Positions 1 to 9,200 of a stretch of DNA of 44,993 nucleotides are shown here, piece by piece (the stretch's first letter is position 1; the number at the start of each line of letters is the position of its first letter). Source of the stretch: an uncultured Verrucomicrobiota bacterium. Lineage in GTDB: Bacteria; Verrucomicrobiota; Verrucomicrobiia; Limisphaerales; MWDV01. The notes beneath the pieces were generated by a model, which was given only the letters and a program-made list of their open reading frames with translations, did no database searches and had not been told where the DNA came from. A program made the translations under genes and the position numbers. Location: assembly GCA_964371005.1 (NCBI GenBank), contig CAYJNU010000006.1:1-44993 (forward strand), read 5' to 3'.

Positions 1-86
1 ACGTGGACCACGAGCTCTATTACATCCGGGACGGTGTCGTCGTCATCCCGAAAGGCGGCGTCATCCCGCACGGGACGGTGATTTGA
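1..86 (+). CDS. glgC: Glucose-1-phosphate adenylyltransferase, C-terminal fragment (5' part outside window)
   Basis: Frame starting at nt 3 reads VDHELYYIRDGVVVIPKGGVIPHGTVI*, matching the typical GlgC C-terminus (YIRDGIVVIPK..VIP.GTVI); TGA at 84-86. Confidence 0.8.
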   Translation, partial: VDHELYYIRDGVVVIPKGGVIPHGTVI

Positions 87-145
87 CGTAAACCCAAGCA
101 CGTCATCAGCACGGGATTTACACCCAGTCACCGGCCTGCTACACC

Positions 146-970
146 TTGGGCGTGCTTGATGCAACAACCGCCATCTGGAAATCCCTGACCGACCCGCGCC
201 GGCTGTTTCTCATCGCCGGGCCTTGCGTCATCGAAAGCGAGAAACTCTGTCTCGACACCGCCGCGCAGCTCAAGCGAACCTGCGCCCGGCTCGGCATCAC
301 TTACGTTTTCAAGGCCAGCTTTGACAAAGCGAACCGCACCAGCGGGAAATCGTTTCGCGGGCCAGGTTTGGAGGCGGGGTTGGAGATTCTGGCCAAGGTC
401 CGCCAGCGCTTTGGCGTGCCGGTGCTGACGGATGTCCACAACGAGGCGCAGGCGTCGGTCGCTGCCGATGTGGTGGACATCCTGCAAATCCCTGCCTTCC
501 TCTGCCGACAAACCGACTTGATCGAGGCCGCCGTCGTCACGGGGAACATCGTCAACGTCAAGAAAGGCCAGTTTCTGTCGCCGGCGGAAATGGGCCAGGT
601 CATTGAGAAGGCGCGGGCGGCGGGAGGCAAGCACCTGCTCCTGACCGAGCGTGGAACAACCTTCGGCTACAATAATCTGGTCGCCGACATGCGCTCCATT
701 CCCATCCTGCAGCGGCTCGGTTGCCCGGTGGTTTTCGATGCCACGCATTCGGTGCAGTTACCGGGCGGTTCCGGCACGGCGTCGAGCGGACAACGCGAAT
801 TCGCGCCCGTACTGGCGAAGGCGGCGCTGGCCGCGGGCGCAAACGGGCTGTTCATCGAGACCCATCCGAAGCCGGACCGCGCCTTGAGCGACGGAACCAA
901 CATGATTCCGCTCTCCGAGATGGCGGCGCTGTTGAAAGCTCTGTTGAAAGTGTTCAACGCCTCGAGGTAA
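146..970 (+). CDS. kdsA: 3-deoxy-8-phosphooctulonate (KDO8P) synthase
   Basis: Motifs [57 protein letters not shown]; exact start uncertain. Confidence 0.96.
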   Translation: MGVLDATTAIWKSLTDPRRLFLIAGPCVIESEKLCLDTAAQLKRTCARLGITYVFKASFDKANRTSGKSFRGPGLEAGLEILAKVRQRFGVPVLTDVHNEAQASVAADVVDILQIPAFLCRQTDLIEAAVVTGNIVNVKKGQFLSPAEMGQVIEKARAAGGKHLLLTERGTTFGYNNLVADMRSIPILQRLGCPVVFDATHSVQLPGGSGTASSGQREFAPVLAKAALAAGANGLFIETHPKPDRALSDGTNMIPLSEMAALLKALLKVFNASR

Positions 971-2925
971 TGAACCGTTTCCCTCCAGCGCCGGTGACTC
1001 GTCCTCGTCCTTCGCCCTCGTGCTCGAAGACAGGTCTCAGTTCGACGATGGAAGGCGAGAGCAAAGGACGCGTACGATGGCCAAGCCGGGTTCTCAGCCC
1101 CGCACTCAACCTGGTTTTGCTCTCGGGCTTGCTGGCCGTGCCGGCGTTCGCCCAGCAGCCGTCGCTCGGGGTCACGCTGAGCAAATTCAACGTACCGGTT
1201 TACTACGAGCCCCCGAATCAGACCCAGCTCCATTGGCTGCTCAAAGGCGCGCAAGCGATCCCGCAAACCAACGGGACGATCTTCGTGGAGCAGGCCACGT
1301 TGGAGGAATTCCAGACGACCGGGCCGCGAGAGATGCTCATCGAAACCCCGGACTGCCTCTTCAGCTATGCCACGCGCGAAGCCAGTTCCACCCGCCCGCT
1401 CAAGATGCTGCTTCAGCAAGGCCAATTCGCGCTCGAAGGTGAAGGCTTCCTCTGGCGGCAGACAAACTCCCTGCTCGTCGTTTCCAATCGTGTCCGCACC
1501 ACGATCAGCGGCGGCTGGTTCGAATCGAAAACCGCCGGCGAAGCCCGGGCTGCCGTGCCGCCGCTCGGGGATGTGCAGATTCTGGCGGATCAGTTCATCT
1601 ACGACGGCAGGACCACGCAGGGCGTGTATCGCGGCAGCGTGCGCGTGACGGGCACAAACCTGAGTCTCGCCAGCGAAGCGTTGACCTTTCGGCTTCCGGC
1701 TTCCGGGGGCGGGGCGGTGGACCAGCTCGTGGCTGAACAGCACGTCACGATCGATTACGGCGAGCTGCACGCCGCCAGCGATCACGCGGTTTTCTCGCCG
1801 GGCGATGGCTTGATGCGGCTCACCGGACAAGCCCGTTGGCAGGCACAGGGGCGCGAGGGCCGGGCTGACGAGTTAGTGTTGGACATTACCTCGATGGTGT
1901 TGCAGGCCAACGGCGGCGCATCGCTCAAGCTGCCGGTCAGCGGCACAGGTTTCCTTCCGCAAAAGGCTGGGGACAGCCAAAAGGTCGCGCCCGCTGACCG
2001 AATTGTGAACATCACTTCCGCGCGCTATGAAGTCCAAGCCGACCGCGCCAGTTTCTCCGGGGGTGTGGAAGTGATCGAGCGCGCCGGCGAACTCACCCAG
2101 ACCCGCCTCACCTGCACCTCGCTGGTGGCCACGTTGGGGGGCAGCAACCAGGTGCAACAGCTCGTGGCGGAGCAACGTGTCGTGATTGAGCAAGGTGAGC
2201 GCCGGCTCACCGGGGAACGGGCCCGCTACGACGGCGCCAGCGGCGTGGCGGAATTCACCGGACAGCCCGCGTGGCGTGACGGCGCGCGAGCAGGCCGGGG
2301 AGACGTTTTGCTGGTGGACTTGCCGCGCAGCCAATTCACCGTCCGGGGCAGCGCGAGTCTCAGTCTGCCCCACGCAGATAGCGGGAGGTTGCTGAACGCG
2401 CTCGTGGTCAAGCCGGCCGGGACAACTCCCGCTCCACTCAAGGCGGGCGACGCGGCAGGCGCGCCGCCGACGCAGATCACCTCCGATGAGTACGAGTTGA
2501 GTCCCGAGGCCGTGGTGTTTCGCGGGCATGTGCGGGTGAAGGACGCGCAGATGCAGTTGACCAGCGACACGCTGAACATCGAGCTCTCACCCGGCGGCAC
2601 CAATGTGGTTGGCATCATCGCCGACCGCAACGTCCTGGTGAGCCTCATCGAAACCAATGGCCAAGTGACCACCGCAACCTGTGCCCGCGCCGTCTATACG
2701 GCGACCAACGAGGTGCTCGAGTTGACGGGCCAGCCTTCGGTGCAGCGACCGGACGGCAGTTTCTTCACGGCCCCGGTGGTGTTGCTGAACCGTGCCACCG
2801 GCACGATCAGTGGGCTGGGCAAGGCCAGGATTGTGTGGTTGCCGCCTGGCCATGAGACCAATGCGCCCACCCTGTTCTTCGACCCGAAACCAAACAAGCG
2901 CAAGCGACGCGCCCCCACCCCGTGA
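970..2925 (+). CDS. LPS transport periplasmic bridge protein: LptC-like N-terminal region plus three OstA/LptA beta-jellyroll units
   Basis: Lies between kdsA and lptB. Signal/anchor LVLLSGLLAVPAFA. Three repeated units (QILADQFIY..YRGSVRV..QLVAEQHV..LTGQARW; NITSARYEV..FSGGVEV..QLVAEQRV..FTGQPAW; QITSDEYEL..FRGHVRV..IIADRNV..LTGQPSV). Start taken at ATG 970, overlapping the kdsA stop (TAATG); ATG 1048 is an alternative. Confidence 0.8.
   Translation: MNRFPPAPVTRPRPSPSCSKTGLSSTMEGESKGRVRWPSRVLSPALNLVLLSGLLAVPAFAQQPSLGVTLSKFNVPVYYEPPNQTQLHWLLKGAQAIPQTNGTIFVEQATLEEFQTTGPREMLIETPDCLFSYATREASSTRPLKMLLQQGQFALEGEGFLWRQTNSLLVVSNRVRTTISGGWFESKTAGEARAAVPPLGDVQILADQFIYDGRTTQGVYRGSVRVTGTNLSLASEALTFRLPASGGGAVDQLVAEQHVTIDYGELHAASDHAVFSPGDGLMRLTGQARWQAQGREGRADELVLDITSMVLQANGGASLKLPVSGTGFLPQKAGDSQKVAPADRIVNITSARYEVQADRASFSGGVEVIERAGELTQTRLTCTSLVATLGGSNQVQQLVAEQRVVIEQGERRLTGERARYDGASGVAEFTGQPAWRDGARAGRGDVLLVDLPRSQFTVRGSASLSLPHADSGRLLNALVVKPAGTTPAPLKAGDAAGAPPTQITSDEYELSPEAVVFRGHVRVKDAQMQLTSDTLNIELSPGGTNVVGIIADRNVLVSLIETNGQVTTATCARAVYTATNEVLELTGQPSVQRPDGSFFTAPVVLLNRATGTISGLGKARIVWLPPGHETNAPTLFFDPKPNKRKRRAPTP
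999..1070. repeat. Degenerate palindromic element (TCGTCC-type) at the kdsA/lpt junction
   Basis: Left arm tcgtcctcgtccttcgccctcgtgctcgaa (999-1028) is an imperfect inverse of right arm ttcgacgatggaaggcgagagcaaaggacg (1041-1070). Confidence 0.4.
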
Positions 2926-3716
2926 GCGACACTCAATCGAAACCCGATCCGGAGAAAGCCAACGCGGTCAAGTGCGTGGCGACGGCGGTTGCCAGTCCGT
3001 TGCTGGCCACCGAGAAGCTGGTGAAAGAATACCGCCAGCGACGGGTGGTGAACGGCGTTTCGATCCACGTGGCGGCGGGCGAAATCGTCGGCTTGTTGGG
3101 CCCGAACGGCGCGGGCAAGACCACGACGTTCAACATGGTGGTCGGTTTGGTTCGGCCGAACGGCGGCGCGGTGCAGTTCCAGGGGCGCGACGTCACCCGC
3201 CTCGCGATGCATCAACGAGCGCGGCGCGGGATGGGCTACCTCACCCAGGAGCCGTCGGTGTTCCGCAAGCTGACGGTGGAACAGAATATCCTCGCCATCC
3301 TCGAAACCTGCGCCATTGGCCGCGCCGAACGGCGGGTGCGGCTCAAGTACCTGCTCGACGAACTCGACATGACGCCGCTGGCCAAGAGCAAGGCCTATCA
3401 GTTGAGCGGTGGCGAGAAGCGGCGTCTCGAAATCACCCGGTCGCTCGTCACCAGCCCGAAGTTGCTCCTGCTGGACGAGCCGTTCAGCGGCATTGACCCG
3501 ATTGCCGTTTACGAGGTGCAGAAGATCATTCGCCGGTTGAAGGAGCGGGGGCTGGGCATCCTCGTCACCGACCACAACGTCCGCGAGACGCTCAAGCTGG
3601 TGGATCGCGCCTACCTGATCCACAAGGGCGAAGTGGTTTATGAAGGCGAGGCGGCAAACATGGTCGAGGATCCAAAGGCCCGCGAGATTTACCTGGGACC
3701 GGAGTTCAACATGTGA
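2922..3716 (+). CDS. lptB: LPS export ABC transporter ATP-binding protein
   Basis: GLLGPNGAGKTT, GYLTQEPSVFRKL, LSGGEKRRLEI, LLLDEPFSGIDP, ILVTDHNVRETL, YLG; GTGA overlap with upstream gene. Confidence 0.95.
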   Translation: MSDTQSKPDPEKANAVKCVATAVASPLLATEKLVKEYRQRRVVNGVSIHVAAGEIVGLLGPNGAGKTTTFNMVVGLVRPNGGAVQFQGRDVTRLAMHQRARRGMGYLTQEPSVFRKLTVEQNILAILETCAIGRAERRVRLKYLLDELDMTPLAKSKAYQLSGGEKRRLEITRSLVTSPKLLLLDEPFSGIDPIAVYEVQKIIRRLKERGLGILVTDHNVRETLKLVDRAYLIHKGEVVYEGEAANMVEDPKAREIYLGPEFNM

Positions 3717-4669
3717 AGGCCATGAAACTGGATGCCGTAACGGTGGAGCGATTCTACACGGAAAAGGCCGCGGCGCTGGAACTAAAGCTGATTGCTGGCG
3801 CGGGCGGAATGAAGCGTATCATTCGCGAGCCCACCATCAACCGCCCCGGGCTGGCGCTGACGGGGTTTACACGCTATTTCGCGCACAAGCGCATTCAGGT
3901 CATCGGCAACGCAGAGGCGTTCTACCTGAAGTCCCTCGACGAGTCCCAGCGACTGCAACGCTATCAGGAGTTCCTCCGCTACCGGATTCCCTGCGTGGTT
4001 TACAGCCGGAACCTGCGCGCCGACCCGGTGCTCCTCCGGTTGGCCGAGCAAGCGAACGTGCCGATCTTTCAATGCCCGCTGATCACGATGAAGTTCATCA
4101 ATCTGGCCACGCTGGCGTTGGAGACGTTGTTCGCCCCCCACGGCACCGAGATGGGCAGCATGGTGGACATCCTCGGCGTGGGAGTGCTCATCCGCGGCGA
4201 CAGCGGGATTGGCAAGAGCGAAAGCGTGCTGGCGCTCATCGAACGCGGTTACAGCCTCGTCGCAGACGACGTCACGAAAGTCACGCTGGCGGATGGCCGC
4301 CACGTCATGGGCAAGAGTTCGGAGGTGACCCGAGAGCATATGGAGGTTCGCGGCATTGGCATCATCAATGTCGCCGCCATGTTCGGCGTGCGCAGCATGC
4401 GGCTGGAGAAGCGGCTGGACCTCGTGGTGAGCCTCAAGCAATGGGAGGACGTGCCGGATGTGGACCGCGTGGGAATGGATCAGGAAACGGTCAAGATTCT
4501 CGGCGTGGAGGTCCCGCACATTACGATTCCCGTGCGCCCCGGCCGCGATTTGGCGCGGTTGGTCGAAGTCGCGGCCTATCACACCAAGCTCAAGGCAACC
4601 GGGCGAAATCCCGCCAAGGAGTTGAACGACCGGTTGCTGGCCCAGATGGCGGCCGGCGTCAAATCGTAG
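3713..4669 (+). CDS. hprK: HPr(Ser) kinase/phosphorylase
   Basis: NRPGLALTGF, Walker A GDSGIGKSE, LVADD, HMEVRGIGII, IPVRPGRDLA; ATG 3722 is an alternative start. Confidence 0.95.
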   Translation: MKAMKLDAVTVERFYTEKAAALELKLIAGAGGMKRIIREPTINRPGLALTGFTRYFAHKRIQVIGNAEAFYLKSLDESQRLQRYQEFLRYRIPCVVYSRNLRADPVLLRLAEQANVPIFQCPLITMKFINLATLALETLFAPHGTEMGSMVDILGVGVLIRGDSGIGKSESVLALIERGYSLVADDVTKVTLADGRHVMGKSSEVTREHMEVRGIGIINVAAMFGVRSMRLEKRLDLVVSLKQWEDVPDVDRVGMDQETVKILGVEVPHITIPVRPGRDLARLVEVAAYHTKLKATGRNPAKELNDRLLAQMAAGVKS

Positions 4670-4718
4670 ATTGGGTTGGCCAAAGGCACGCGTTTGGTTT
4701 ACTAATCTCCGCAGACTG

Positions 4719-5018
4719 ATGAGCGCCAGAAAACCGGATGACAAAAGCCCGTTGGTGAAAAAGGACCTCCTGATCACCAACAAGCTCGGTATTCATGCCC
4801 GCCCCGCCGCGATGTTCGTGAAGACCGCGAACCGCTTCGCTTGCGACGTGTTCGTCGAGAAAGACGGCGAGACCATCAACGGCAAGAGCATCATGGGCGT
4901 GATGATGCTGGCCGCCGGCCCTGGCAGCACGGTCACCCTCCATGCTCATGGAAACGACGCTGCGCAGGCGGTTTCCGAGATTGAGGCACTGGTCAAGCGC
5001 AAGTTCGACGAGGAATGA
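4719..5018 (+). CDS. ptsH: Phosphocarrier protein HPr
   Basis: GIHARPAA (His15 site) and NGKSIMGVM (Ser46 site); ATG 4719 preferred over the TTG at 4671. Confidence 0.93.
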   Translation: MSARKPDDKSPLVKKDLLITNKLGIHARPAAMFVKTANRFACDVFVEKDGETINGKSIMGVMMLAAGPGSTVTLHAHGNDAAQAVSEIEALVKRKFDEE

Positions 5019-5021
5019 CTC

Positions 5022-5309
5022 ATGGCGGCGGTTGAAATTGACGTCAAATACGTGGCACGCCTCGCCCGGCTGGAACTGACACCCGAAGAGGAGACGAAAT
5101 TCGGCGAGCAACTTGGCCACATCCTCGGCTACGTGGAGAAGCTCAAGGAACTAGACGTGACAAACGTCGAACCCACCGCCCACGCCATGCCACGGACGAA
5201 CGTCACCCGCACCGACGAAATCCACCCCTCGCTCCCGCACGCCGAGGCAGTGCGCAACGCACCGGCGCAAGCCAACGGCCTCTTCGTCGTGCCAAAGATT
5301 GTGGAGTAG
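5022..5309 (+). CDS. gatC: Asp-tRNA(Asn)/Glu-tRNA(Gln) amidotransferase subunit C
   Basis: VKYVARLARLEL..ILGYVEKLKELDVTNVEPTAH..NAP..GLFVVPKIVE; 95 aa. Confidence 0.93.
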   Translation: MAAVEIDVKYVARLARLELTPEEETKFGEQLGHILGYVEKLKELDVTNVEPTAHAMPRTNVTRTDEIHPSLPHAEAVRNAPAQANGLFVVPKIVE

Positions 5310-5401
5310 TTCGCCGGGGAATGCTCGCTGGCGATCAGGCTCGACAGGCATTGGTTGTGCGGGAAGGCAGAAGGGCTGCGGCTTTCGCGAGGGACGACAC
5401 T

Positions 5402-5974
5402 ATGGAAACGATTCTATCATCCGAGTTCAAACGGCAGATGGTGCTGATGCTGGACGGCGGCCCGCACGTCATCGAGGATTTGCACACCAGCGGCACCGCC
5501 CAAACCCGGCACAAACTCCACACCCGCCTGCGCCATCTCATCACGGGGCGCATCAGTGACCGCGTTTTCTCCGAAAGCGAGCGCGTGCCCGTCGCCCCGA
5601 TGGAAACCCGCCGCGTGACCTACAGCTACGCGAAGGCCGACATGCAGGTGTTCAGCGACGTGCAGACCTTTGACGAGTACGAGTTCAGCAACGAACAACT
5701 CGGCGAACGCCGCTGGTTTCTCAAGGAGAACGAAGAATACAAAGCCCTCCGGCTCGATGGCCGCCTCCTCGACATCGTCTTGCCGTTGCAGCTACCGCTC
5801 AAAGTGGTGGATACCGCTCCGCCCTCCCGCGCTGGTTTGAGCACGTCATGGAAGGAGGCAAAACTGGAAACCGGACTCCAGATCATGGTGCCGCTCTTCA
5901 TCACCAACGGCGACATCGTCCGCGTGGACACCGCCGGAAAGAAATACTTGGGCAAGGCGACGACCGAGGGATAG
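5402..5974 (+). CDS. Elongation factor P family protein with atypical active loop
   Basis: EF-P fold motifs (LDGGPHVI, TGRISDRVF, KEAKLETGLQIMVPLFITNGDIVRVDT..YLGKA), but SGTAQ replaces PGKG; ATG 5402 gives 190 aa, the normal EF-P size. Confidence 0.85.
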   Translation: METILSSEFKRQMVLMLDGGPHVIEDLHTSGTAQTRHKLHTRLRHLITGRISDRVFSESERVPVAPMETRRVTYSYAKADMQVFSDVQTFDEYEFSNEQLGERRWFLKENEEYKALRLDGRLLDIVLPLQLPLKVVDTAPPSRAGLSTSWKEAKLETGLQIMVPLFITNGDIVRVDTAGKKYLGKATTEG

Positions 5975-6007
5975 GCCCGACGGCTTCAACCACGGCGGCG
6001 CGGCACT

Positions 6008-6112
6008 TTGCACGCCCACCGGCGTTTCATCGGCCTGCAAATAATCGCGCGCCAGCAGTTCCTGGCGTTGAGAGGCGTTGACCGGCACGAACAGCGCGCC
6101 GGCGGCAATGAG
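6008..6112 (-). pseudogene. IS66-family transposase (TnpC) relic
   Basis: Minus strand reads LIAAGALFVPVNASQRQELLARDYLQADETPVGVQ, the IS66 first catalytic Asp motif (LL...YLQADETPV.V); no other transposase parts nearby. Confidence 0.7.
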
Positions 6113-6259
6113 AATATCGCTCCGCGCTGCTGGATTGTCCGCTTGATCACAGCTCACCATTGCTGAATCTCCAGCCCGGCAAGAGCACTTGGAAACCTGA
6201 GAACATGATAAGCTCGAGAAGCCTGCAAAAGCCCGCTCCGTTCAAACCCGTCGCCCCGA

Positions 6260-9200
6260 CTACTTCAGAATCTCCACCTCGGCATTGAAGGCGGCGGTAC
6301 TCAGCGTTACGGGACGGAAGATGCCGCCGGCACCGTACCAGTCGTAAACCCGTACCGCAATGACGTGACTCTGGCCGGGCTTAACCAATGCGGTGAGGTC
6401 GTGACTGAACTTCTCGCTGAACGTATCTTTGCGAGTGGCGATGTCCCCGCGGCGGGCAACCAATCTGCCGTCGAGGTAGAGTTCGTACATGTCGTCCACG
6501 CCCTCGAAGTTCAGATAGACCGGGCGATCTTGCCATCGCACCGGGATTTCCACCTGGAGTCGGTACCAAGCCCATTTGTCGAGCGACGGGAAGCCCTGCG
6601 ATTCCCAGTGTTGGCCGACGCGGATACTCTTCCAGGTATCATCCAGCGGCAGGGCTGGCGACGCCCAGCCTTGCCGAACGCCTTCCTCGTTGGGGTCGGG
6701 TCTGAACCGCCAGATACTCTGGGTCAGATCAATCTTATCTTCATGGAGCTTCTCCTTGAGTCGGTGCCAGGTGGAGTCCGTGAGCGCGTGCCGTGGCGCT
6801 GGGCCCGTCGCCAGATGGTCAATCAACTCCGGCAGCAGCCAGTGGCCGGCGGCGTTCCACTCCCCCTGGTGGTTGAGCGCGCTGACGAGCAGGCGACCTT
6901 TCGCCACGCGCGTCTCGAACAGCAGACCGTGGGTTTTGACGGTCTTCAGGTCGTGCGTGTCCCAGAGGAGAAGCCCAGGGTCAGTTTGATCAAGGTAAGC
7001 GAGTTCGGGAATGACGCGGCTGGCAAGGTCAAAGTGCTGGAGCTCGATCCAGAACAGGCGGGGAGCGCGCTGGGTGAGCGGATGGTCAGGCACATAGGGT
7101 GCGCCACGCAGGAACCAATGGGCGTTCAAGGGGAGACTCCCACGCTCTCCGTCGGGCAAGAACAGCACCCGTCCGCCTTGCTCAAGGAACTGGACCAACG
7201 CGTCGTCAAACCGGGATGCCACCGCCACCTGCCCAGCCTGCGGCACGGATGGACACGCCAGCCCGGGAAACAGCGCGCGGGCGAGTTCGTCGGATACAGA
7301 GTTGTGAAGCCAGACCCGCCGTGCCCAGCCCTCCACTGGACGCGGCACCAGCCAGACGGGCCAGGTGTTCTCACAGCTCAGCGATGGCGATTGCAGCCGG
7401 GCGCTGACCACGAGACGACGCGGCGTTTGCGTGGAGGGCAGGTCGAATGCAACCGTGACGGGGCGGGTGAGCGAACCGCTCTTCTGGCTCGGCACCTTCT
7501 TTCGGACTTGATGCAGCACCTGATTGTCACCGCCGTCCGTACGCACGACCACGGTCAGTTCGGCGTCATGTAGTTCCTGTGAGCCGAAGTGGCTGAGCAG
7601 GACTTCGGCGTGGAACGCTCCGCTGGCGAAGTAGCTTCGACGATCGTTCTCCGTTTGCAGCAAACACATCGTGTCGCCCTGCCACGCCCACTCGGCGGGC
7701 GTCCATTTGGGCTGATCCATGTAGTCCCGCAAGCCCATCGCCGCCGTCGGAAAATCGCGGATGACGCTGACCACGTAGCCGGCGAGGGGAATTTCGCGCC
7801 GGAGCGTCTCGACCTGGTACTTGCGCATGAGCATGGCGTACTGACGTGACTCGGCCGCCAGCGGAGCCAAGCCACCCGGGCCGGTGAGCCGCGCCATGTG
7901 GCTTTCCCAATCACCCATCGGGTCGAAGAAGCCCGGCAGCCAGTAAGGGCGGTTCGTCCCGACGCGGTCCCGCAACGGCTGGCGATCAAACCAGGTATCG
8001 GCGGCCATGCACTCCCCGAGCATCAGCGGCTTGGAACCATGCGCGAGAATGTGCTCGCGAAATCCGGCCAGCGTCTTCACCCAGGTGTGGTTGTTGCCGT
8101 AGGGGTGGTCGTCGTAGAAGTCATGGATGCGGTTCCAGCCAATCCAACTGGAGTCGTCCTCGACCACGGCGCCGGGAATCTCGCGGTGGGCAAGATCGTA
8201 CAGCTCCTGGATGACCGCGAGATCAGCGCCAGAGCCGGTCTCACAGGTGAGGCTGCGCAGGATGACCGAAGGATGACGACGATCATGGTGGAAGAACTCC
8301 AGATACTCGCGCCGCAGATCGTCGAGATGCTTCCGGGTGAGTTGCGGATGCCAGGTCGGGTATTCCATCCAAGCGAGCATGCCCAGCTCGTCGCACAGTT
8401 CGAGGAAACGCTTCGGCGGCACCCAGAGGCAGAACTTCATGGTGTTGAAACCCCGGGAGCGGGCGAACTCGATATCTTTGCGAAAGCGCGCCGCGTCGAG
8501 TTGCGGCGCCAGGCGGGGCGGATAATAACCCCAGTTTAGGAGGCCACGGACGCTCAGCGGTTGGCCATTCAGGCGGAGTTGATCGCCGCGGACCTCAACC
8601 TCGCGAAAGGCGGCGCGCGCCGGCACACGGTCCAATACTTCGCCCCTGGACTGAATCTCCAGCTCGAGTTCCTCCAGGTGAGGCGACTCGGGAGACCATC
8701 GTTGAGCGTTGGGTGAAGGAAACTCAAGCCGGGGATCCTCGGTGCTTGACCAGGCTTGAGCGGTTTCTGCCTGCCACCCCGTCGCGCCGCTGGAACGCCG
8801 CCGCAGAAGCACCGTGTCCACTTGGGCAGTCGAGCTTCCGCCGAGCGGAAGTCGCATTTCGATCCGACCGGTGTGTGGATTACCGTAGGCGTGGAGTCGG
8901 AGATCATTAATGTAAGTCTCCGGCATCACGAGCAGCTTCACCTCCTGCCACATTCCGCCAAAGTGGGGCTCGATGATGGACAGGAAACCCTGGGTGTTGT
9001 GGCCCACCTTCTCGTCGAGGCGCACCCGGATTTGATGCGGTTGACCGGGGACCGCCCGGCGCACGAGGTCCGTCACGTCGAAGCGGAACGGCGTCCATCC
9101 GCCAAGATGACTGCCCAGACGCTCGCCGTTCCACCAAACCTCGGCCGCCGTCGCCGCGGCATCGAAGTGCAGCAACACGCGCTTGCCTGCCGGCAGGTCG

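Noticed and set aside
721-969. Upstream extension of the Lpt protein ORF
   Set aside because: Lies within kdsA in another frame; first plausible start is ATG 970
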